Below, piece after piece: positions 1 to 12,074 of a DNA stretch of 64,000 nucleotides. Source of the DNA: Epiperipatus broadwayi. Lineage: Eukaryota; Animalia; Onychophora. The stretch lies in contig JAQFVV010000009.1 in the NCBI GenBank assembly GCA_028023455.1, positions 17,174,001-17,238,000 on the forward strand. Direction: 5' to 3'. The notes under the pieces are model-generated. The model saw only the letters and a list, made by a program, of their open reading frames with translations. It ran no database searches and was not told the DNA's origin. Both the position numbers and the translations under genes were made by a program. Every line of letters starts with the position of its first letter. The first letter of the stretch is position 1.

Positions 1-949
1 GAGTGTAATTAATTAACAGTTAAATATATGATTCTCTAAGCTTATCGTGTGGTTTTAAATTACTTTATCAGACGGTTACGTGGGAAAAGTATGGTGGAAT
101 AAATAAAATCTTATATAGATATTTATAATTTCTGCTTCGAGCATTCGTTCACCATGTTACTAGTTTAGTGCTATATTTCGCTTCCCAAAGCTTGATATGG
201 TGTCTAGTCCGTGATTTCAAACAAGGGAGAGAGAAATTCTCCTAGCCTCCTCAGTGGGTGTGAATACTTGCCAAAGTGCGAGCCACCCAGTCTTCGTTAA
301 TACACCGCAAGCTATTACTTCTGATTATTATGTTTGTTTCATATAGCAGCCAGTCACATAACCCTATATTGGAAGATATAAGCTTATTCCCCATCCCCGT
401 AGTACGTGATGATTTGATTTGTTTAAAACCAACGAGGTGACCTTAATTTAATAAAGAATTTAGTCTAATAAAGATAAAACAGTTAAAGTTTTGTTTGCTC
501 TGATCCTCATATATCTCATACATAATTAATCACGTAAACAAATTAATTGTTTAAGTTACGCTAATATTATATTTAAAATAAATCATCTGTGGTATTGCCT
601 ACACCGGTCATAGATAAAATGATTATAAAGCAAACCGAAATATTGAATGCAATGTTGTCCGTAGATTACATCTGTATAGATTTCCGTTAAAGACTAGAAG
701 TAAAATAAGTAATGTTGTATATAACAAGTAATTATATTGTGTTTAAATTTTATCTAATCGTAAGAATAATTATTAAACATTTGTGTAATCTAATTTGTCT
801 CTCTCTTCATTAAATAATTATTTCACCGTCATTTGATTACTGTCTGTATCGACAACACGAGAATATATATATTGCATTGATTGTACCTAGTGTTGAGCAT
901 CCACCGCGCAGTTATATATAGATAAGTTAGGCAGAATTATTGTCTGTGT

Positions 950-1520
950 TCCCACCGAGCTAGTGTTAGGCGATACCATATACTATGGATTCTGTTATAC
1001 CCCAGTCACTTGTGCGCAGGGTTTGGGTTTGAACTCGGTTTGGTTTCGGATTTAGTTCTGGAATCGGTCTGGGTTTGAAGTTGGTTTCTGTGTGTAGTTG
1101 ATGGGTTGCGGTTGACAGGTACAGTACACATTATTACTTAAGCTTTATTCTTAGCTTTTTTTTAAATATTGTTAATAAATTTTACTCTCTGACCATCCAT
1201 ATTATATTCTTCAATCAAAAAGAAACCAAATTTATCCACTTGCACTTTAACTTTCTCAATATATACTGGCATTTTGTCATTAAACACATCCACAGCCCTT
1301 ACCTTCTTCCAAACAAATCATATTATCATTTTTTAGCATCTGTTTAAATTATGAAATGGCCAGTTTCCATGAATTTTCATATGGAATCATATTAAATTTA
1401 TGACAATTAATTTTCTTGATTATTTCATCAGCAATATGACTAACACCAGGAATCACTTCACATAAATTTTGAACAGCTACAATTAATTCCAAAATTATAA
1501 TCATCCTAAGAACCGCCACC
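950..1520 (-). mobile_element. Decayed Ty3/Gypsy pol fragments
   Basis: Minus-strand pieces AVQNLCEVIPGVSHIADEII (RT xADD region), FNDKMPVYIE...DGQRV (RNase H-like) and a low-complexity post-integrase-like tail HRNQLQTQTDSRTKSETKPSSNPNP. Heavily deleted. Confidence 0.4.
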
Positions 1521-1659
1521 ATATTTACCTCTGTGACATAAAATGTATTTCTGAATCAAATGTATCTTTTTATTTGACAAATTGCCACAATTCATACCTT
1601 TATAAGTTTGTGGACGCTGCTTTTTAAATAAAAAATCAGTTTCTTTTTAAATTATCAAA

Positions 1660-2870
1660 CTTCTAAATATACTGGTATGTTGTTACAAGAGTTTTTAGGA
1701 TTTGGGAAAAATAGAATTGCTTCATCTTTTGATTCTGTACATAGATTTAAAAATATAATGATTAATGACAGTGATGTACATAGATTTAAAAATATAATAA
1801 TTAATGACTGTGATGTTATTGCTTCATTAGATGTAACAGAAATGTGTGGTTCTATTGATAGGGTGGGTTTCATTAAAATAATTGAACATGCACTAAAAAG
1901 TAAAAGTGTTTTCAAATATGTAATATAATTTATTATTGATTCTTTAAAATTTTTTGATAACATTGTTGCTTCTTTTGAATATGGATATTATAAAATGTCT
2001 AAAAGTTGTTCTATGGGTCTACCTGTTGTTGCATAAGTTTGCAATTTTGTTTTGTTTACATATCAGAGTAGTATTTTAGATATGTGTAATTTTAAAGATA
2101 TTAAAATTTACAAAAGGTATATGGATGATGTTTTTGTTTGTGGAAATACCAATAATAAATTTGCTTGTAGAGGAGTTAAATAATTTGAATGGCTTGAAAT
2201 GAACAATTGAAAAAAAAACAGGACAAAAGTATTAATTATTTGGATTTAATTATCACAAGAGATAATAGTATGTTAAGTTATAAATTAATAATAAAACCAC
2301 AAAAAAGGGGTTATATAAATTGTAAATCAAAAGTATCAATTATGCATAAGATGGCAAGTTTTAGATCTTTTTTATTTCATAACGAAAAATTATGTAATAA
2401 ATTTTAAAAATATTAAGATATTTGCCAAGGAATTGCTTGAAATTGGTTATAAAATTGAACAAATTTACAATATTTTATGTCAATTTAAAAAGAGTTATAA
2501 TGATTTAAAGGAGTTGAAAATTGGTAATAAAAAATGGATATGTATTCCATATATTTCAAATGCTTAATTGAAATTTTTTAAGGATATATATAAGGATGTG
2601 GTTATGTTTCATTTTATGCTACAAATAAAGTTAATAAGTTAGTGAATAATTCTAAAAATGTTATATCTATCAAGCAAAAGTGATGTTGTTTATCACATGT
2701 TTTGTGGATTTATATTATCATATATAGATAAAAAGAAGTGCATTATTGAAAAAATATTAAAAGAGCATGAATTGTTATACGAGCATGAATTGTTATACAA
2801 ACATGTGAAAAGCAAAAATAATAATGATTTAATGACTGCTTCAGTTTTCTTGAATCATCAAAAGAACACG
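1660..2870 (+). mobile_element. Degenerate Penelope-like retroelement (RT + GIY-YIG endonuclease)
   Basis: IASLDVTEM (RT motif 3), KIYKRYMDDVF at ~2103-2135, SINYLDLII, then SSKSDVVYHMFCG..SYID...ILKEH (GIY-YIG-like). Many stops and frameshifts. Internal 33 bp and 18 bp tandem duplications. Confidence 0.8.
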
Positions 2871-4664
2871 TAAATACAAATTTAAGTTTAATATTGAAAG
2901 TGTTAAGATTCTTCACGGAGAAACAATAATAAAAGAAAAAATAAGAGACAATTTTAATAAATAGAAATAAAATGAATATAATTAATAGACAAGCTGCTAA
3001 CATTAAAATTCAGGATTCATGGGATTTGAGTTAATGATGTTTGCTTCCGTTATGTTTTTTTGGATTTAACAGCTATTGACGAGAGTTAAGGAATTAACCA
3101 AAAGTACTTCTACAGATTGAGAGACTGTATATAATAGTTAATTACTGTTATATTTATTATTTTTATTGTTATTACATATATCCACACACTTACATATATA
3201 TAAATATTTTTTAGTAATACTAATACAAAACACTATATTAAGATAAAATAAACCATGCACTCAATACTCATAGAAGATATTTCATTCATCATTGGTGAAA
3301 GTCATCTGATTAGAGACATTTTTTGTTTTTGCAATCAGCATATCAAAAATTATTTGAATAACCCAAAATAAATCTAGACTTTTATTCTCTAGTTAATTAA
3401 AAGCTAGATTCTATTTATTGACTAATACTATATGGCCAGCTAGATTGGCTATGAGCTTGCGAACTAAGAAAAAATCTTAAGCTATTGATTTATATATATA
3501 TATATTCTGGAAGCTACAAATCTATTTTCTGGAAAGTTTTTTAAAAATTTCATGAAGAACTAAAATCATGATAAAAAAAACAAAAATAAATGTAAACAAA
3601 AAATTAACTTTAAAGTAAAATAAGATGAGTCAAATAAAAGAATTTATAAATATATGCTTTGTGACTTTTATTTTTTCAAATGCAATTTAACACACAATAT
3701 GCAAAAAGAAAACAATACTGAAAAAAAAACATAAGTTTAAAAAGAGTAAATCAAACTCACTACTACAAAAGCATATTACTCGATATATCCCATCCAGAAA
3801 GAAGTCTTATAGCATCATGCTACTCAAAAAGGTAAATTTTTTCACAAAGATGCAAATTATCAAAATTGGAGATAATTCTTTGCTGTACAAAAGATATAAA
3901 AATAAATAGAATTCACGAAAATGATCTAGTAAATTGGGCTTCACGTTAAATTGAGCAATATAACAAAGAATTCAGTGATGCTAAGCATATTTAAACAGCA
4001 AAATATCAGACTCCCATCAATTTAATTGCACTTGCATCAAAAAAATATGCTCATAAGTTTATATTCATCTTGTTGTCTATGCTTCAAATCACAGCCCATG
4101 AATATTACTGAAAGATATAACAGTTATCATAGAATTAGTACAGTCAAGTAGATAAAAAGTTTGAACAAAGAAGTAGGTATATTATTAGCTGACTATTATT
4201 AGATAGTAAATGATCCACAAGCTATTGCAAAGAACATTCAATTAGAAATAAAGAGGATAACAAATGTCTCTATCATGAGTTCAACAATGAACTGAAATTA
4301 CAAGGATCAGACATGTGCTGTTGACAGACTCTGTGATAAAACATATTAACAACAAAGTATCACTAAGCTTAGAAAATAAGGTAAATCAGTAGAGATGGAT
4401 GATAACTAGAATGATTCTATACTGTGTTTATCAATAAGTCATAAACTCAAGGATATAAGACTGTTTAATGACAATGTGGACACATAGATGGTTATGTTGT
4501 CAACAAGCAGTATATTGTTTCTTTATCAAATATCCTATATCAAATGCAAAAATGTGAATCAGGAACAAGATTCGTCAAAATTAAATCTTATTTTACTATT
4601 TCATTAATAAATGATAAAGATTGGAGAAACTGGCTTAAATTTGCAATACTTCCATCCAATAGAG

Positions 4665-5031
4665 CAGCAGTCGACAACCGGTGGTCCATGACATAATTTT
4701 AATGGTCCGCAAAAAAATTCAGATATTATTTAAATTTGCTAAGGTCATTTAATAAAATTTTTAAATAAAAAATAAACTTTGTTTAAGCTGCGTTTTTATA
4801 TGTAAAATAGAACAAGAACATCAATGGAGTCGAGGATTAGTAAAATAATTTTAAGCCAAGAGCAGCAAATGATGCACTAATTTTTAATATATATTACTAT
4901 TATTATTTATTATTTTTATTTTAAAATTAATATATATATATATATGTATATCATACTCAATGCTCATATTAATTCGTACCTTTAAAAATTATGTTAGTGG
5001 TCCACAATATCTAAAAGGTTGCCAACCGCTG
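4665..5031. mobile_element. hAT-type MITE, 367 bp
   Basis: 15 bp TIRs: CAGCAGTCGACAACC at the left, GGTTGCCAACCGCTG at the right. 8 bp TSD CAATAGAG / CAGTAGAG (7/8 match). Confidence 0.88.
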
Positions 5032-5359
5032 CAGTAGAGAACTAATAATGCTTGAAAATGATGATGAAAATAAGATGATAAGAAATATCACAAATGAAAT
5101 TAGCAATTAAGAAATTCTAGATCAAATACCAATGCAAGACTATGCTATTTTCAAATACAAAAAATTATCTGGGAAAAGATATTATAATAGATGAAGTGAT
5201 TAAAATTGGTAGAGAAAAATAAAAAAATATCATAACTTTTATTTACTAGATATTTAAAAATACTATATACAAAAAATATTTTTTAAAAATAATTTTATTT
5301 AATTTGAGGACTAATGCACTAAAAAGCAAAAAAAAAAAATTTATTTTTTAGTGTTTGTA

Positions 5360-6557
5360 TATATTGTGCGGATTTTTTTAATACGATTTTGAAGTTATGC
5401 GATTCATGTTTCTTCTTAATATCTTTTTATGCGGTTTTCTTTTATGCAATAAAAAAGCTCACATTTCACTTAAAATCGAGATTTAATCAGGATTTCCCCG
5501 TTTTATATACATGCATTAAATTTTACATACTTTAAATGCCTGTTGGAAAAAGGTTTGGCAATAAAATTTAAATACCGTAGAAAAATTTAGAAAAAGATAA
5601 TGAAACAGAAGTGGAACCTGTTCATTTCACAGCAAAAATGATTCAAGAAAGTCTTCAACTTTCCAATCAAATGGAAAATCACTTTCTTGTTAATAACACG
5701 AATTATGAATGAGCTCTTAAATTCCAACTAGAGCTAAATAGTTGTATGTCTGTGTAAGTTTATATATTTCTTTTACACATATATATATATGAAGAAACTT
5801 TTAGGCAGAAAAAAGTTACAAGTAAAAATAGTTAAGAACTTTTAAATATTTTTACTTGTAACATTTTTCTGTCTAAAAGTTTCTCCATATATATGTGTGT
5901 ATAAAAGAAAATTTAACCAAACGTTTCTCCACATATATGTCGGTATAAAAGAAAAATTAACCATTAGTCATTATTAATATTCATGGAAGTGTGATATATA
6001 TATATATATAGTTGCACTCGTGGAAGTGCATTCTCTAACAGCTACACATAGCAGTCTGGATATCGCGAGCTTAATAAACAGTAAAATTGTCTCGAAGTTT
6101 AATGCGTTTACATTGTCAACAGAAAATCATTAACCCAGCACGAGACTGAAGTTGATGCTAATTGTATTTCCTCTTGTGACAGATCTGATTTCTTACAAGT
6201 TCACAAACGAACCCGCATATTGTCAGTCAAATAGCGATAATGATTAAAATATGTATGAAAAACTGTAAAATAAATTACACATAAAAACACATTATTTTGA
6301 ATAAAATTAAATAGTTAATAAAAAAAAGTTTGTCTTATATCAATTTTTTTTCAAATATTTGAAATTTTTTATTAGTCATACTTTATTTCCTTACTTTTTT
6401 TATGCGAATTTTAAAGTAATTTTACCTTGTTGCTTTGGTTTTATGCAATTTTTGAAAATTATGGGATGTATCCCACATTTTTCAAGGTAAGTTGTGCGAT
6501 TTTTTTAATGCGGGTTTTCTGTTGAACCTATCTACCGCATAAAAAGAGAAGCAGATA
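5360..6557 (-). mobile_element. Older copy of the TA-flanked MITE at 47387-48546, with an internal insertion
   Basis: 5365-5410 and 6240-6557 align in reverse to the two ends of 47387-48546 (e.g. AAAATTACTTTAAAATTCGCA..., ACGATTTTGAAGTTA.GCGATTC.TGTTTC). TIRs eroded. Confidence 0.65.
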
Positions 6558-6600
6558 TATAAAAAAATTGTTTAGAATCAGTTATAAATTTTTTGTTTTT

Positions 6601-7242
6601 TGGCATATCTGATCTTGCCTTTAGAAGTGAACTATTCCAGATTCCTTGCCTGATTGGCTAGCACCCAGTCGCTATCCAATGGAAATTAATCCTTCATTGG
6701 GGTTCGCGCACATAATCCGAGTGTTTCCAGTATGGTAGGGCATCTTCCATTAAATAATCAGCCTTTTTGGAGGCAAAGCAGAGAGCAATTACTTCTGTCA
6801 ACTTGAACGACTGAACATGCTCTCCAATAAACCCTCTGCCATCAGCGAAGGTATTTTCTCTAGTCATTATCACAATGGTCCACACAGTGAGGCAGGTCCA
6901 CCTAAGGACTGGAAACTGCTATGTCTGCAGCCGATTCGAGACAAGCTCTCCTGCACAGCCAGAAGAGTCCGAACTAGAACTAATTCGAGGCAAGCTGTAC
7001 TGCACAGCTATATGAGTCGTACTTGAACTCACGAGGCAGGCTACTTATATACCTGGAAGTGAGTTCCATTACTCGGCACGACTACTTCAGCATTAAATGG
7101 TATGAACCATATTTATATGTTTTATTAACTAACATGTGTGTATATTTCTGTCACTAATAAATTATACATATTAATTGTTGAGTAGTGTCATCATTTGTCT
7201 GTTGGTTTGGAACCGAACCTGTAAATTTAACCAAACACAACA
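6601..7242 (+). repeat. 5' LTR of the Gypsy element
   Basis: Direct repeat of 9554-10136. Begins TG, ends CA, followed by the PBS. Confidence 0.9.
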
Positions 7243-9553
7243 GATCTGGCGCAGTCAGACAAAAATTTTTCCCTCACGGCTGCAAAAATTATAGTATAAA
7301 ATATGCCAGTTTCAACAGATCTGATGCAGTCAGACAAAAAATTTTCCCTCATGGCTGGAAAAATTATAGTTGAACTCACTATAGAAATACACGTGATCTT
7401 AGGTTGTGTATTTGTTTTGTATTATTTTTTTTGAACAATGACATTCGCCGCAATTCCATTATTATGATTTTTTAAAAATGACATAAAACTGTCGAATAAA
7501 AATTGACCGCAAATGTAAAGACGTGTTAATCGGAAGCTACAACCAATCACGAGAGCTTTACTCGCAACGCAGTGACAAACACTCGCCCTAGTGATTTAAA
7601 AGCTTCGTTGAGTTAATTACAACAATATAGTTGTAAAATCAAAAATTAAGAGTGGTAACTCTGAATAAAATTAAAAATAATTATGAATGGTATCTCGCAT
7701 AAATAAAGATGGGTAATGTAATCGGCTCTATGGAAGCTTTTGACCTGGTTCAACCTGAGAGCTGGTCAAATTATAAGGAGTGCTTGATATTTTACCTAAA
7801 GGCTAACCAGATTAAAAAATTGAGGTAAAGTTAGCCACTCTAATGACTATTATAGGTCCACAGATGTATAATATACTCAAGTCTCAATCTACGGCTATAA
7901 CCCCAGCTGAGCTGGATTTTGACAGTGTTGACAATTGTCACAGAGTATTTTTATCCTAAAGCCTTGACAATAATGCAGAAATACCATTTTAATCTCAGCA
8001 TGCAAGAACAGGAGGAAACAGCTAGAGAATTTGCAACAAAAATCCAAACATTAGTCTGGAAGTGCAATTTCAAAGACTTTGTGAAGAAGCATTTCATGAT
8101 CGTTTTATTTGTGGCATAAACGATCACAATTTGAGCCTGAAAATGTTGATGATTCCGGACCTAGATTTTGAGACTGCGGTAGCTCAGGCAGGACTAGCAG
8201 AGACTATAGCTAGTCAAGCTACCCCATTAAAAAGAATTACTAAGTATGAGGTAAAAAATTAAAAAAAATGGGTCATCCAAATACTCAGTCAGCTCAGAGA
8301 ACTCAGCATCGAATAGCCCAAGGCTTTGCTATAGGTGCAAAAAACAAATGCACAGGTATACAGAATGCCAGTACCATGAAGCAACATGCACGTTTTGCAA
8401 GAGAGTCGGATATACAAAGGCAGCATGTCTGAAATTGGAAAGACAAACCCATTCCAAAAAACAGTAAAGGCAATTATAACAAATCTAAACAAGTTGCCTG
8501 TATAAATCATATCAAAGACAATCAGTCTGGATTTATACACACTTATAATTAATGATACACCAGTTAGGATGGAACTTGACACAGGGTCAGCAGTGTCTAT
8601 AGTTTCAAGAAAGATCTGGGCAATTATTAATAAAGAGAATAAATATAAACTGCACCCTAGCAGCAAATCAATATCAGACTATCAAGGGAATAAAATCGAG
8701 CTGTTAGGTCAAACAACAGGTAAAATCACCATGCCTAACAAAACTATATACCTACCAATTGGTAGTGGCATTAGATAATCATAATGATTTAATAGGCCGT
8801 GGCTGGTTCAGTCACTAAAGTAAACCAGCTTACTTTATCAAAGATAAAATCTGATTACTGAGAAGTTTTCAACAAAGACATAGGTTTGTACTTAGGGAAA
8901 ACTATCCATTTACCGACTAAATGGAGAGGTAAAACCTATCAGTTGATGGTGCATGACTACTTTCACTAGCTTTGCATGTTAAAGTAGAAGCAAAAAAGGT
9001 GATAACTAAAATTTGATACGGGAAGTTGGAACACCAGAATTGCCATGACTCTGCTAGCGCAGCATTCCACACCTAATACAGCAACAGAGAAGACTCCCGC
9101 AGAACTGTTATTCAACAGACCCTTACTATCCTCTGAAGCCTGATGCCAAACTTGAACAAGAAGAGAAAAACAAAATAAAACTTCAAATAGGTCCACAAGT
9201 ACTATGCCATATGTAGTATAGGTCCACAAAAAGGATACCAGCAATGGTGACTCAACTAAAGGGTCTCTATATTGTCATTGTGCAAAGAGAAGATGGTCAG
9301 CAACATCATCACCATCTCAACCAGCTGAGACTCAACCACACAACAGAAGCTGATAAAAGCAGTAACCAACCTGGAACACGTACATCAAGCAACTAAGTCA
9401 AGGTGGCAGCAAACATCCAGGAACAATGTCAAGTGAAGAAGAAGAAGCCAAGGGCAGCGATGAAATGGAAGCCACCAACAAAGCAGACAATACGTCATAC
9501 AGCGCAACTCGATGATTACGTCCTCCAGGGCTAATTTTAGCCAGGGGGAGGGA

Positions 9554-10136
9554 GGTTATATCTGACCTTGCCTTTAGAAGTGAACTATTCCAGATTCCTT
9601 GCCTGATTGGCTAGCACCTGGTTGCTATCCAATGGGGATAAATCCTTCATTGGGGTTCGTGCACTTAATCTGAGTGTTTCCAGTAATGTTGGGGATCTTC
9701 CATTAAATAATCAGCCTTTTTGGAGGCAAGGCAAAGAGCAATTACTTTTGTCAACCTGAATAACTGAACGTGCTCTCCAATAAACCCATTGCCTTCAGCA
9801 GAGTTGCGACATCCACGCAGTGAGGCAGGTCCACCTAAGCCGACTCGAGGCAAGCTGCCCTGAACAGCTGGAAGGATCTGAACTACAGCCGACATGAGGT
9901 AAGCTGTATTGCTTAGCTGGAAGAGTCATATTTCAACTCAAGAGGCAGGCCACTTATACACCTGGAAGTTAGTTCCATTACTCGGCATGACTATTGTATG
10001 AAGCATATTTATGTTTTATTATCTAACATGTGTGTATATTTCTGTCATTAATAAATTATACATATTAATAGTTGAGTAGTGTCATCATTTGTCTGTTGCT
10101 TTGGAACCGAACCTGTAAATTTAGCCAAACACAACA
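9554..10136 (+). repeat. 3' LTR of the Gypsy element
   Basis: Direct repeat of 6601-7242, preceded by a polypurine tract, ends ACAACA. Confidence 0.9.
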
Positions 10137-10796
10137 ATTTTTGTGAAGGCAGTGGTTTAAAAATGCAAGTTTTACATATTCCAAAGGGAATTAAAGATTT
10201 CATCATTCATTTCTTTTTATTTTAATTAACAATAAATGCCCCTAAATTTTTCTCCAAATTAAAAAAAAAAGCATTTTCTTAATAAATATAATGCAATCTA
10301 TTACACGTCTCAAAACTTATCAAACTGATTTGAATATCATTTGGAATGTGGCCTGCCAACATTATTACTCTGAACAATACTGAAATATTGCATTGTCATC
10401 AAAACCAAACACATATATAAAATTTGAAAAAAATGTGTTCAGTAGAAGTAAGTTAAAATACAGTTACAAAATTTGACCAAATAAACAGAAGTTTTAAATT
10501 AAATAAAAGCATTTTTAAAAAAATTCCATTACCAACAAATAGAACAATAAACTCGCAATTTAATAATAATAATAATATTAAAAAAAAACATAGACCTGAT
10601 AAGATCTCTTAAATCCACCCTTTTTTTTTGTTTGTGTATATAATAATATTACAAGTTCATTATCAATAAAATAAAAAAGTTTCATGCAGAAAAATGGATT
10701 ACAGAGCAAAACTCTCCATACAGTATTGCCACCTGTGCTAAACAGAGTAATCAATGGATGCCAGAAGGCTTGTGCATAAAATCCCTATCCAAAGCC

Positions 10797-10868
10797 TACT
10801 CATCCAATATCCCCAGACGAGTTTCTGGCTTGTGGCCTTCGTCAGTGCGGAGCTTTGGATCTGAGAGC
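10797..10868 (-). ncRNA. Minimal type I hammerhead ribozyme, variant copy
   Basis: Minus strand: CTCCGCA-CTGACGA-AGGCCACAAGCCA-GAAA-CTCG-TC|TGGGGAT. Helix III palindrome broken (ACTCGT) and one helix I pair lost. Confidence 0.6.
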
Positions 10869-11407
10869 ACTGCATCTAGATCTTAGGATCTAATGCAACC
10901 CTCTAGTAACCACCTTTTATCTCTACTTAACTACTAAACTATGAGAATGAAATTGAAAACACAAAAAATATTTTCAATCTAAGCTCAATAGCTTATATAG
11001 TCATATGGGTCTGAACTCAGTTCAGCATCCATACATTTTGGTGTCTTTGGCTCTTTTACAACCATAGCCACCACTATCCTATTAGGCAGGATTGGTGTTA
11101 AACCATTAAGCATCACATGATTACATTTCCTATACTAGCACATCAATAGGAAATGTGATCATGTGATGCTTAATGGTTTAACACCAATCCTGCCTAATAG
11201 GATAGTGGTGGCTATGGTTGTAAAAGAGCCAAAGGCACCAAAATGTATGGGTGCTGAACTGAGTTCAGACCCATATGACTATATAAGCTATTGAGCTTAG
11301 ATTGAAAATATTTTTTGTGTTTTCAATTTCATTCTCATAGTTTAGTAGTTAAGTAGAGATAAAAGGTGGTTGCTAGAGGGTTGCATTAGATCCTAAGATC
11401 TAGATGC

Positions 11408-11485
11408 AGTGCTCTCAGATCCAAAGCTCCTCACTGACGAAGGCCACAAGCCAGAAACTAGTCTGGGGATATTGGATGAGTAGGC
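11408..11485 (+). ncRNA. Minimal type I hammerhead ribozyme
   Basis: CTGACGA 11434-11440, helix II GGC/GCC, GAAA 11454-11457, palindromic ACTAGT, predicted cleavage after C11463. Helix I: TCCTCA/TGGGGA, then ATCCAA/TTGGAT. Confidence 0.8.
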
Positions 11486-11944
11486 ATTGGATAGGGATTT
11501 TATGCACAAACCTTCTGGCATCCATTGATTACTCTGTTTAGCACAGGTGGCAATACTGTATGGAGAGTTTTGCTCTGTTTATCAACAATTAATGTGCTAG
11601 TATAGGAAATGTGATCATGTGATGTAAAATGGATTAAGTGAAACAAGACAAATCAGGATTTTGAAGGAGGTTTTGCAACACAATGAAATAATTAAGATGC
11701 AATAAAAAGAAATCTCAACTATTTAAGCATTACATTATGAAAACATTTTGATTCTATATGTATATCAGCCATGATTAATATTCTAAAACTCAAGTAGACA
11801 CATAACATTATCAATTCAAAATAAAAAACAAAATTTGTCATAGTGATATAATTTCTCAAAAATAATTTCTCTAACATAAAGTAAGAAATACCAGACTGAC
11901 TATTTAAATAAACTTTAATTTGTAAATAATATTACTAAACATCA

Positions 11945-12074
11945 CTACATCTGTTGAATACCAATGAAGGATTTGTAAATTAAATTTAGCCACAGTAAAA
12001 TTAGTCTTTCAAAGTACATTTTAATAAAACAGAAGTAATATTTAACTGATATGTTTTGTCTAAAGTCAAGGCAG
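11945..12074 (-). CDS. Candidate next or terminal exon of the ASZ1-like gene (uncertain)
   Basis: Strong acceptor ttttttttttag|C in the needed phase 2 gives S-CLDFRQNISVKYYFCFIK...QQM*. Phase and acceptor fit, but the peptide beyond SCLD is not recognisably ASZ1. Confidence 0.25.

Larger units (their letters stand above)
6601..10136 (+). mobile_element. Internally deleted Ty3/Gypsy LTR retrotransposon (Mag-like gag)
   Basis: LTRs at 6601-7242 and 9554-10136 (shared ATATCTGA.CTTGCCTTTAGAAG...CCAAACACAACA). PBS TGGCGCAGTC at 7247-7256, PPT AGGGGGAGGGAG at ~9543-9554. Gag starts MGNVIGSMEAFD at 7709, with HDRFICGI and a degenerate CCHC. Protease MELDTGSAVS at 8569. Integrase tail TPAELLFNR. RT and RNase H are missing. 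Confidence 0.92.
10701..11631. repeat. Hammerhead-bearing repeat family A, locus 1: near-perfect palindrome
   Basis: Arms 10701-11133 and 11146-11578 (433 bp each, about 8 mismatches by eye), 12 nt loop. The right arm runs on into a second unit (GATCATGTGATG at 11157 and 11613, period 456). Confidence 0.95.

Noticed and set aside
6694-6885. Similar antisense ORFs in both LTRs (GFIGEHVQ..LT.VIALC.ASKKADYLMED; also 9665-9895)
   Set aside because: Similarity follows from LTR identity; starts and ends differ between the copies and there is no recognisable domain.
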